Source: Pecten maximus
Lineage: Eukaryota
Reading direction: 5' to 3'
DNA: 64,000 bases
Assembly (NCBI RefSeq): GCF_902652985.1
Contig: NC_047025.1
Coordinates: 10,726,001 to 10,790,000, forward strand
Shown: positions 1 to 11,900 of the stretch, piece after piece
Layout: every line of letters begins with the position of its first letter
Position numbering within the stretch: the first letter of the stretch is position 1
Made by a program: the position numbers and the translations under genes
Notes under the pieces: model-generated
Seen by the model: the letters and a program-made list of their open reading frames with translations, nothing else
Database searches by the model: none
What the model was told of the DNA's origin: nothing

Positions 1-294
1 CATGTCTCAAGACTGAGAAAGGCTTTCTTCCTGTGAGACTTGAAAGTCAAGGTCTTGTTCTCCGCCTGTCTGCTCTTTTGTCAATACCACTTCGTTTAGA
101 GGGGAGAGGATGATCTTGGAGTCTTCCTCCGTTCCCTGCACCTACCTTTTTTGCTAGCCTACGTTAGATTTGCTTTCGTTATTTGGAAGAACATGTTATT
201 CGGTCACCAGCAGAAACTGTTGTTGCAGAACCAAGAAAATCTTCGACCTTTTTATATACCCGTTTTATATGTCACGTGACCGGTAAAAATACCT

Positions 295-666
295 CCGCTG
301 TGAGGGAGGCTTTGGGTTCTGTCCCCTGGCCGAGACATACCAGAGTCTTTAAAAATGGTAGTTGCTGCTCCTGCTTAGCGCTCAGCATACAAGGAGTGGG
401 ACGACTGGTTCGCCCGTTGTCAGTATAATGTGACCGGGAGGGGTGTCCTGCTAGGTGTCTTCGGCAGTATGCTTCAATGAGGTAGCACTATAAATCGGCA
501 GATGTCCCGGCCTATCACAAGGAGACTTAACACGAACATACCGCAGCCTCCCAAAACACACATACGCACTCAACACAAGCGTGCATGTCGCACGCACGGG
601 AGGCCGTCCTTAAATTACCTTAGCTGTTAATAGGACTTTAAACAAAATACACCAAACCAACCAAAC
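295..666 (+). mobile_element. SINE (Meta-domain-like, bivalve type), 5' truncated
   Basis: Core CATACCAGAGTCTTTAAAAATGGTAGTTGCTGCTCCTGCTTAGCGCTCAGC; (CCAAA)n tail; flanking AAATACCT direct repeat; second copy at 18590-18945. Confidence 0.75.
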
Positions 667-1718
667 AAATACCTTGTCGTCCGTTCCCCATACTGATTAT
701 GCGTTGCAAGTCCGTTACTAATACGATGTATGATGTCCGTTAATTGGACGTTTTACATCCTTTATATATGCATTGATCGTGCATTCATTGTACGTTTGTG
801 TGTTTGTCGTGCGTTCAGGCATGTTTGTCCGTTTTTCAGTCTCGTACATCGATCGCGAGAGCACCTTTCATTAGCGTAAAACCTTTGGCTGCACTTATTT
901 TACACGTTTGAAGTCCGTTAGCGCTATAAGGTGTAGTGTGACTGATCCTTTACTATACTAGAACTTGCAGGCAAAATTTCTACGTCGGATTACAGATACT
1001 TTCTGACTGACAAACTTCTACAAAAAAATATTTGCTAAAAACTATTGTATTTAGTCAAAAGAATTAAAAGTAAATATGTGAATATTTTGGCCACGATGAA
1101 TGAATAATGTCCCCAGTAGAACCGACTAGTTAGTAATGAACATCCAACTTTTCTTCTTTTTTGTAAGCATCAGAAAAAAAGAGCATCCTGCTACTGTAAA
1201 ATGGAATGAACTTGCTCCGAAAAGTGTAACGTTGCGTCGTCAGCCCCAATGCTCTCCATTACTTCCTTGTAATAAAACGGAATATTAATATAGTTATAAT
1301 GTGATTAAGATAAATGTATACGTGTTGTTGTTTGTTGAGTTCAAATGCACCTACCTGATATAGCATAATGATAGATACATGATAGATACATAAAAAATAT
1401 TATAATTCACGCGAATTCCCGCGTCTTTTCCTATCTTTGTAGCCATATCACTCTTCATCTGTTGATAGAGTTCGGAAAGTTAAAACGAAAGAAAAATTAT
1501 ATAAAAGCTTCATTTGAATTAAAAATTTATGGAAACCGAGGACAGCGTGTACAAAGGAAGAAAACGGTAAACAAAATATAAAGTAATAAAGCCTGTCACC
1601 TGGAAGGCTAAACGCTTACGACACTCCATTGAGTTCATATAGTAGTATATTGGTGACACAACCAACATTTTTATATAAACAAAATAGGTCTACTTTTCTT
1701 ACTTTAAACAAAAACACA

Positions 1719-2373
1719 TATAGTCCGACCAGAATGACCTGTCGTGTGGAACTTTGATTAGCATATTGATTACAGACGAGTCTATAGTCATTTAGGGGAA
1801 ATAGGTGCTTTGTATATATACATGTATATACTGTAAACGTACATATTTTAGCGGTAATTTTATTTTAGCGCTTTTCGCGCTGGAAGCCTTGCGCTAAATT
1901 ATGATTGCGCTAATTACTTTTTTGTACGTTCCATTTCTATAGAAAGTTCTGTGGATGCGCTAATTCATCATTGCGCTAACTGGCTGAAATCTGCAAATGC
2001 GCTAAAATTTGATTGCGCTAAAATAAGTACGTTTACAGTATGTTGTTGTTTATAATGTAACAAACCTTATCATCAGCTGCATCATTTGTATTTATACTGG
2101 TCTAGATTTAGCGACATAACTGTTAACATATGAACAAGTGATCACATATTTACTTAAATATGTGTAAACCATGCATCAAAAATAAATGATACAATCCCTG
2201 TGTTGTCAATATAAAATTGTAACAAAAACGAATGGTCCAAAACAGCACCTTGCTGGACACAGTAGTATTCCTAATCAATATGCTTTGTTATAACACATGT
2301 GCACAAATGGAACTACCTACTTTGAATATTCCACGAAAAGGTCAACGCGACAGGTCATTTTGGTTTGACTATA
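1719..2373. mobile_element. Non-autonomous TIR element carrying a nested MITE
   Basis: TATAGTCCGACCAGAATGACCTGTCG (1719) is inverted to CGACAGGTCATTTTGGTTTGACTATA (ends 2373). Confidence 0.6.
1831..2038. mobile_element. MITE with CTGTAAA..TTTACAG termini, TA target duplication
   Basis: TIR CTGTAAACGTAC.TATTTTAGCG / CGCTAAAATAAGTACGTTTACAG; internal TGCGCTAA repeats; decayed copy at about 2680-2810. Confidence 0.8.
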
Positions 2374-2867
2374 TACCAAATGATATCATAATAGAACGTT
2401 AGCAATACATACATAGCAAAAAAATGACAAAGGAAGACAATTTTATGACTCGTGCCCAGACCGGACTTCGGACTCACGATCTATGGCACCTAATCGCCCG
2501 GCCAGAAGCGCCCGCAGCTTATACCACGACTCCACTTCCACGTTCTATACAAACAAAAATTAATCTAAACCCTTGTTGCTATAAGAATAAGAAAAGAATA
2601 TGACATGTTATTTCACTTTTTTAGTTTAGTTTGGGTGTGAGGACGAATACCATGAATATCATCTTATTCAATGCCTAACATAAAATATTTTAGCGGTGAT
2701 CTTATTTCAGCGCTTTTCGCGTTGAAAACCTTCAGTTAAATTATAATTGCGCTAACGGCAGTTTCTGTATGTTAAAAAAATCGATTAAGCTAAAATAAGC
2801 ACGTCTGTAGTGCAATCACACATATGACAGCTTGAACATGGTGGTATTTATTTTTGTTCGTATTTTC

Positions 2868-3006
2868 CACAGGCGCTTGCATAGAATATGTGTGATTTTC
2901 ATTTTTTTTTTATTTGACAGTGGTATGTGTAATCTGTTAAGCTAACATACCACTGATATAATTTTTTTTTTTTTTTTAATTCTAATTTTCTATGCAAGCG
3001 CCTGTG
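2868..3006. mobile_element. Foldback MITE, CACAGG termini, 8-bp TSD GTATTTTC
   Basis: CACAGGCGCTTGCATAGAA / TTCTATGCAAGCGCCTGTG; TSD at 2860-2867 and 3007-3014. Confidence 0.8.
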
Positions 3007-3777
3007 GTATTTTCCACTGTTTTGTAGATTTTCAGTTAGAAATTCGTTTTAGTAGCGATTTTGTTTTGCCACTTGCGTATCCATAAACAGCTACTATTTT
3101 TACGAACTAAACAGTGAACATGTGGTGTAATGAGTAATACAATATTCAATCCACCCTAGGGAACTAAATCTACATCAATAGGTATATATTTATCATAAGA
3201 TCTACAGTTTTCCGAATGCAATTAAATATTGATGACGTGATAACGGCAGATGCATTCGATATGCACACGCCTTACCTACTCGGCAACTGTTGGCACATTC
3301 TGTAACGAACGAAGCAATGTTTCTTTATTGTTTACCTTCGGCTAAAATGATGCATTGTTGTCGTTTACTGACGATACTTGCGGTAACTCTGACAATTGTC
3401 TTCTCGTTTATCTTCGGCTCTTCTCGTAAACGGAGCATTTTTCTCGTTTACTCGCGACACTTTCCATAAATGAGACTATTTTCTTTTTTTCCATTAATGA
3501 GGCTTTATCTTGTTTACTGACGACGTTTTCGGTAAACGGGACAATTTTCTTCTTGTGTACCGACAGCACTTTCCGTAAGCGAGGCAATTTTCTTCACGTA
3601 TACCGGTGGTTTTTGGTAAGTATAACGCAGTAGAACACACATGGTACCTTCCAGTAGAACATCTTTGTTGATCTTTTATGCATGCATGATAACACATGTA
3701 CTCTGTACAATATCCAAACGCAATATAGTCCATGTCAGCTCATCAACTGAAATAGCTTCTATAGGTGGCGTTTCGTT

Positions 3778-3778
<1 letters not shown>

Positions 3779-3815
<37 letters not shown>
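3779..3815. repeat. (CT)n microsatellite
   Basis: Direct observation. Confidence 0.9.
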
Positions 3816-3817
<2 letters not shown>

Positions 3818-5424
3818 GTAAATTTCCTGTCGTCATAGGTTTCGGCGTCTTTCTGGTGTTCACAAAAAAAGAGGGGAAAAAGGGAGGGCCCTCATCTCTC
3901 GGTCTATCTTACAGATACATGTACGATGCGTCGCAACTCTTGCCTCTCGATTTATATACACATTCTGCGACTTCCTCTTTTTGACGTTTTTTTCATAGAA
4001 GGGTTTCGTAGGCGGAGTTTGAGGTTCAAACGAACAATTAATAAGACACCAAGATTGTAATAAATACAGACATTGCAGCTTTGGATGACAATAGTCGCTA
4101 AAAAGGTTAAAAAGGTTAAATGAATTAAACTACACCATACTTATGTTTGCAGAGGTGCTTGTAGCCTAAAATATTGATACCTAGGAGGAAACACAAAATT
4201 CGTCAAAATCTGCAGATGTAAAAAAAAAAAACAAAAAACACACAATTAAAAAAAAAATTGTCACAATGTTCAATATTGGTTTTCAAAAGTACTTAAAATA
4301 CATTTGTATATTCTGAACGATAAATCTATCTATGTGAATTTTTACCATAAAGGTTATGGCAAACTCGGGGAGTAAAGTTTAACAGCAATGTCTTCCATCT
4401 GCAATATCATAGGTTTGCACAAAAGACACAAAATATATTGGCACCATTCAACGCAAAATTAAAACTTAATAAACAAAAAGAAAGAAGAAAAATTATTTAT
4501 CGTGTCTTTTTCGTTAAAAGCATGTCCCTCTCGCATAAGATGGGCTAATACATGTATTCAGAATACTACTGTAAGTCAAAGTGTTCAGTTAATTGATTTG
4601 TGTTTTTTTTTTATTTTTTTTATCATTATTTTCTAAGGATTCTTTTGACATTACATAAAGATCAGAACACATCCTCTCGTTCACACACAAAATAATGTAT
4701 AGCATCATCACAGTGGTCGTGGTCGTGGTCGTGGTCGTCATTAGATTAAATATCGATGAAATATTTGAGCAGTTTTAAATTAAGATCGCCTAGTGAAGTT
4801 ATATATTACTTCTATACAGGCTCTGTGGTTTGTGCCTTGTCTTTTTGGTCCCAGTCAGCTCCTGTCCTTATGAGATATCTCATCAGTTTGGTTTCTAATT
4901 CTCTAGCGCCCCTAGAGAATACGCAAACAAAACATCTGAATACAGAAGTATAATCAATTAGTTCGAAGTAAATTAAATGAATTGTATGCATGAGCAATCT
5001 CTGAAAACCTGTATAATTATATGATGTGTACCATTGAAGTACGACTAATAAATCACCCACTCGAACTATCTTGATGTCCTTATGAGCCCCTTTATCATTT
5101 TTTTTTGCGCGCGCGAGAATATGATTTCAAGCTGTTTCAATAATAGAACACCCGGACACCCAAAGAAAAGTGGATGGTTTTGGTTTTATACCAGTGTCAT
5201 AAATAAGCATTGTTATTAATATATATATATGGTTCTTCAAAAAGAATATCCAATTCTTCTCCATTAGCTACAGAACAGGTAATCGGTGGGGTCCGATGTT
5301 TCAACTACGCATATGAGATTGATGAAATTATAAGTGTCCACTGATCACGAGGCCGTGTTTGCTTGTAGCATAGATGTAATGGAGATGTGACGCGTGACAG
5401 ATTTATTTTTAATGAATTAGTTGG

Positions 5425-5575
5425 CTTGTTTGTTTGGTTTCATCGCCCCGTGCACATGTACAGCCAGTGTCCTTTGAGGCGGAGTCTCCTTGTAGTAGCT
5501 GGTGGCTACCTCACTGAACAACATACGGGAGGTCCGTCCAATGCCACCCAGAGCGCAAAGGGTAATTATTAAAGT
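5425..5575 (-). mobile_element. SINE fragment (CORE-like family)
   Basis: Shares CTTGTAGTAG..CTACCTC.CTGAACA..GCCA.CCAGAG with 45605-45860 and 53485-53755. Confidence 0.55.
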
Positions 5576-7012
5576 GTTTGACTAAAAGCATATCTGTAAC
5601 AACGACAGCACAGACTGGTCCGTTTCTCAGAGGTAAAAAGCGTCGACCGTGCATCTATTCGTAGGCTGACTTTGCTATGGCAGCCGGGACTCGAACTAAC
5701 GACCTCTCATCCTATTACTAGGCTAAATTGAAATTCCAACTAGAGCTAGTAATTAGCTATAGGTGACTATCCACATTTACAAGGATTCCTCCTTCACATT
5801 TTCTTCGCCCTCGAAGACAACCAAGGGTCATTAGCTCAAAACTGAGCAGCTTCTCAATCTCCCGTACAATAATGTAGCTTCGACATCGACACGTGGTCAA
5901 CGGCACCAAATCTGTGATATGAAGGAGTAATAACAAGAAATATCTTTAAAAAAGATAAACGGCATAGTTTTAATGCTGGTGGTAATAATGTAAAACTGCC
6001 GGTGAAAAAAATTAACGAACTAATGCGTTTCAGCACGGATAACAAAATTATATCGGTTTGAATCATTTTTGTTTATAATAAGGCAGAATTTGAATCAGGA
6101 ATATAATTTTATTAATTCAGCTTGCATTCAATCTTAACTTTGTTTTGTTTTTAACTGCATATCTGCATTTTGCATTTACCGCTACATTGACCAATCATAT
6201 ACATTTGTACTTCATCTTGACCAGTAACGCCACCTGTTGCGTCATACCGGGACCAAAAGTATATTATACGGCTATGCCAAAAAATACTCTTCCCACGCTT
6301 GGGTTCGAACTACATGTAGGGACCTCTCGCTCTCGAGGCAAACATCCTACCGCCAACTTTGCTATAACACTGCTTGAAAATTGAGATCACCGACAGCACG
6401 AACTATAAATGTAGTATGCTATAATCAAGGCTAGGTGATCTTATACTCTCCACATTAACATTCAACAATATAACAAAATCCCTCGCACGCGTCCGTCCAG
6501 ACCAACGAAAACAAAGTTGATATATTGTATAAGGGACTATATGAAGTGTCCTTTTACGTCCCCGACTGTATTCTTGTATGCGACTTGAATTTCAATTGCT
6601 GTACAATAAATTTATAAGCGATAGTTTATATCAGCATATCTAATGAGATTTAAAGTCCCTGTTTTATTCATGATCCAGAATTATCAACAGTTGTACATTT
6701 TATATTGATAACTAACATGTTAGATGATATATAAGTCGGTAAAAATATTTTAAAAACCATTTAGAGATCAATACTAATTTTGACTCCTATTAATTAAAAT
6801 GGTCTCGACCTAATCTTTTGAAGTATCAAAATTGGGAATTGGCTGCGGCATTATTGATATGATAAGGGCTAATATACAAAAGACTTCCAGGAGAGTTTCA
6901 AAAGTGATACATGTGTAAAATATTATAATTGTATTAATTAATTTATTTTCACCCACACACATGATTTTAGTCGGCAAATTTTGTGGTGTGCTACCTCGTG
7001 TTTGTACTCTCG

Positions 7013-7120
7013 ACCGGAAGTGGATTATTATGGTATAGTGTACGCACTTGAAACCATCATTATCTACAGTGACGAATGATAGCGTTGGAGTTTAGGTTAT
7101 ACACAGCATCCAACATGGCG
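7013..7120 (+). promoter_or_regulatory. VIRMA core promoter: ETS/GABP site (CCGGAAGT 7014-7021) and YY1-like AACATGGCG at the start codon
   Basis: Motifs typical of TATA-less housekeeping promoters, about 100 bp upstream of the ATG. Confidence 0.55.
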
Positions 7121-7186
7121 GAGACCGGGCCCGAACTAGAATTATTGTTTTTCGACACATTTTCACATGAAGGGCAGGGAGCCGAG
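7115..7186 (+). CDS. VIRMA: VIRMA exon 1 (MAETGPELELLFFDTFSHEGQGAE)
   Basis: caacATGg start context; GAG|gtgagg donor; LLF.DTF.H N-terminal virilizer motif. Confidence 0.92.
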
Positions 7187-7660
7187 GTGAGGCACCGCGA
7201 TTAAATGTATAGCATACACATGCAAAAACTTGCAATAGGCTGGATGCTTCTCGACCTAAAACAAAATGGAAATTCTACGGTTGGGTTCTGGCACATCTGC
7301 ACATGACATGTTTCCTGCTACCATATCCTGCAACTTGCTCCATGACAAACTGACAAATGACTCCGCAAATAAAATTTATTTTCACAGTCTAAATTTTGCT
7401 TTGAAAGGCTAATACCAGTTGAGTTCTGGCGAATGGCAAGCCAGCGTTAAATGGTCAATAGTTATGGATATCCATAGATAGTTCAAATATTCATAATTCG
7501 ATTTCCAATATTTGTGAATAGTCGATTTCTGATACTGGAACATTGATCTATAGTATTGTATACAATATCCTGATTACTCCAGAATGTATCTATTCTAATT
7601 TTAAATATATTGGTATCATGAAAGGTGTCTCTTGTTGCGGGTGGTGGACAGGGTGCAGCC

Positions 7661-7692
<32 letters not shown>

Positions 7693-8941
7693 GAACACAC
7701 CCTCAGCTTACTTAAGCTACAAAAAATAATTAATAACCGAATAATTATATTTTTTAAGCAATTAAATCTTGACCTGGTCCAGTTCCCTCGACCAGTCATC
7801 ATCCATGAAGTACGAGTGATCCCCCTGCAAACCAGAGTCCAGGCAGATGTCCCTGGAGGTGTCAGACTCGGGTAGGTCCCAACATTATACATATCTTTAA
7901 ATGGGAATTATTATTGTTGCATGATTCATGTGATTTATCTCGATCTACATTTAATTTTCTTGAGTCAGCAAGTTAGTAAATAGGTTTTGTTACAGCAGTT
8001 TTATGACATATTTAAAGCCTCCCTGTTTTCGTAACATATAAATTTTGACAAAATCACAAAAATATGTTGAACTATAGAAGATATACCCTAATAATGATAT
8101 ATTATGAGAATCAGTACCATGAAAGTTTATCATAATTGCAGTTAAAACCGAAAAACTACCCACTGATTATGGGGAATCTCAAATGTGGTTCTCCACTATG
8201 GGGCGCCGTTTTACTATTTATTCCCATTTGGTGATATCACCTATTCGAATAGGTGATATCACTTATGAAATTTTATAAGTGATATCACCTATTCGAATGA
8301 GTGATATCACTATGGACCGCCGTTTTACTATTTATTCCCATTTGGTGATATCACCTATTCAATCCGTGATATCACCTATTCGAATAGGTGATATCACTCA
8401 TTCATTTTTCAAATAAGTGATATCACCTATTCGAATTGGTGATATCACCTATTCGTTTCATTAAGTGATATCACCTATTCGAATTGGTGATATCACCTAT
8501 TCGTTTCATTAAGTGATATCACCTATTCGAATGAGTGATATTACCTATTCGAATTGATGATATCACCTATTCGTTTCAATAAGTGATATCACCTATTCGA
8601 ATGAGTGATATCACCTATTCAAATGGGTGATATCACTTAATGAAACGAATAGGTGATATCACCTATTCGAATAGGTGATATCACTCATTCGAATAGGTGA
8701 TATCACTCATTTGAATAGGTGATATCACCAAATGGGAATAAATAGTAAAACGGCGCCCCATACTCCACTCTCTATATGTAAATAAGCCACAGAAAATATG
8801 TCACGCACGCATGCCCAAACTGGTTTGTTTTGAAGAAAGGCAGACTGGCAATTGAAGACGGGCTCAAACGCATCAGAAGCTCAAAGTCAATCAGACATAT
8901 TGTTGCTGCTGCAAAGACAAAGAAAAGGAATGGATTGAGCA

Positions 8942-8978
<37 letters not shown>

Positions 8979-11900
8979 GCTTACGACTTACATAGTCAAT
9001 GTGAATCTGTTAGACAAAAAATAAAGAAAGGTTAAACGTGAAATGCCAGCATCAATTGGTAGCGAATCTTTAATTCTTGGCCTTTGATAAACAAACCCAT
9101 GATTTTCTGTTGATCATCAGGGTTTGTTAACTGGCGTGCACATTTTATTTTTAGATGTTTATTACATAGTCATACTTTACATACCATGTATATGAATTGT
9201 TGACATAACTGACCAGATTTGACAGAAATTAAATGAAGTTGAATCTGTAAGGGATTATGAGGTTTAACTTGATAAAATATTTTCATTTATAAGCAAAAGC
9301 ATAGAGAGGCTTTAAAGTGAAAATTTAAAACATTTTTTAAAGTTATAAGATTAACGAATTCATAATTATCAGGGAATCCAGTAGACCAATGAAAGTAGGT
9401 ATGTTTTGGACTCCCTCCAAAGTCATATTTGACTCTTGAGTTTGAAGGGAGATGTCTTTTTAAGATATGTTTTGACCCTTCAGATTTCTGAGAAATGGTG
9501 ATTTGACTTTTGAAATTGCTAAAAGTTGAGTGTCAACTGGATGCCCTGATTATATTAATGTTTTTTTTTTCATTTTTGCAGTGCCACAAATCCTTCCAGT
9601 TTTAAACTTGAATTATTTGTCAACAATTTGAGCAAGCCGAATGCTGCAACATTTGAAAGACTTGGAGTGTAAGACCAAAAAATTTTTATAGTGATTAAGA
9701 AACAACAAAAATAGGTTGTTGTGTATATGCAATTATTATTTGAAATACCTGTGGACTGTACAAGGCAACACAAATTAGATTGATGTAATTGTGGTGTCTG
9801 TCACAGAGAACAAAATCTGTAATCAGGTTCTAGCTATAGTGCTATTTATTATGGATAGAAATGTTTTTTTTACAAAAGACAAAACAAACATTCATACAAC
9901 ATGTTCAAACTCATATCATAACATTCTGTATTTAAAAATTACACAACTGATATTGTAGAAGTCTAGAAGTCCATGGTTGAATACCATTTTCATCCTTGTT
10001 GTGACCACATACAGTAGATATTTATGTGTAACACAAATATCTGCATAATTCATCCAATCCAAAAATAGGACAGCTCAGTATTATTAGTGTCCCAGTCTAA
10101 ATGATATTGTGGGTTCCGATATGATTTCAAAATAGTTCTGACAAAAAAATGAATGAATATTTGATATTTTAAAAAAGTATACTGTTTCTTACTGTAAGCG
10201 TGGTAATTTTTGTGTGGAATGAATTTCGCGATTTCGATATGCAAAGTTTACTTAACTATATGCGGCGGGGTAATTTTCGCAATCAATTCATATTCGTTTG
10301 AAGTAAGATTTTACGGAAATTGATATCAAAAGTATATGTGGGGGGGAAATTATACGTGTGGGGGAAATTCTTGCGATCAAAAGGACTCTACGTAATTAGC
10401 GTAAATTTCCCCCTCGCATACATTTCCATGTTTACAGTATTTCGAAGTCATTTGATAAACCTAAATTATTGTACTGTACCAACAAAATAAGAAGAAAAAT
10501 AAGGAAAAGAAAGATGAGGTGGTCTGTACAAGAATGTTTAAAGTTTGTACTTGTGTTTTATATGTTTGTCAGGTGAATGGCTACCCCAGTATGCAAATGT
10601 TAAACCAGTTGTTTGGTTTTCAGATTAGATTACAAACAGAATGTGGATATCAAGCTACGAGCAGAAGGAGCAGAGGTGAGTGTGCTTTGATGAACTATTT
10701 AATGCTCTGTATAAATATGTATTTATGAACATGCATTGTAACTCACTATAACTCTTTGGTTTGTTTGTTTGTTTTTGTTTAACGTCCTATTAACAGCCAG
10801 GGTCATTTAAGGACGTGCCAGGTTTGGAGGTGGAGGAAAGCCGGAGTACCCGGAGAAAAAAACACCGGCCTACAGTCAGTACCTGGCAACTGCCCCACGT
10901 AGGTTTTGAACCCCTATAACTCACTCACCAGAATGATAAAGACTTTCTATATGTGATCCACACCAAAGCCGTCCTAAAATGACTACAGCTGTTGATAGGA
11001 CATTAAACAATACTAAACCAAGCCACACTGAAGTTACCAGTAATACATCAGTTGTCTGTTTGACCTTTATTCAATAGTTTGTATTTTCATTATTTGTACA
11101 TGAACTGTTGTGTTTGGCTACAGATTCCGACAGATGGACTGATACTGAAGGGATGGTACACCACCATCACCATTGCTATCTATGGGACGTTGACCGTGGT
11201 GAAGCCAGATCACTCCTCGCCACCACCCCCACCACCTCCACAAGTCAGACAAAAGAACCGTAAGCTATGTACACAGTGTGCAGTAAATCCTATCATACAT
11301 TTAATTTATCAATATACCCAATATTTCGGTCCGACTACCATACCAGGTATGCTGTTTTTCTGTATTTGTATTGCAAGATTAACTTGATATTTCTTAAAGA
11401 TGCTACATGTCTGACAAAGAGTAATGATGATCAATTGAAAACAAGAATAAGCTGTTATAATTTTTTTATACAATACCAAAAGCTACATGCTCTCTGCTAA
11501 TACCAACTTCAATTTCTATTGCATCTAATAAAAAGTTAATCATGCACTGCCTCTATATTTCAAGCTTTTTTAAATCAGTGGTGTATCATCTTCATTTTTT
11601 AAGTTGGAATTATTTCATGTTATTTATCAGCTATTGAAACAAGAAGTGCTGGGTCCACAGAGATGGCACGTCCAGATTGGGAGCAAACACCAGCAAGACC
11701 TGTGTCAACAACAGCCGATATTCCGCGGTCTGAGTGGGAGCCTCCGCCCCCTCGGGCGGCGCAGTCAAAACCTCCACAACAACACCCCTTAGACTATATA
11801 CAGCAACAGGTTCAACTTCAGCAGAAACAGCAGCAAGCTGCACACTCCCAGCCTCAGCCTCTCCCCAACATGTCTCATCCCCCTCCAAATCTCACACATC

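Noticed and set aside
1-250. Protein-like minus-strand stretch (GTEEDSKIILSPLNE...)
   Set aside because: Interrupted by stops, no convincing splice sites, truncated by the window edge; cannot be assigned
2450-2540. tRNA-like sequence
   Set aside because: No complete cloverleaf; more likely a decayed SINE head
10561-10623. Upstream alternative acceptor for VIRMA exon 4 (tttgtcag| at 10572)
   Set aside because: Gives an immediate TGA; nothing beyond a chance AG context supports its use
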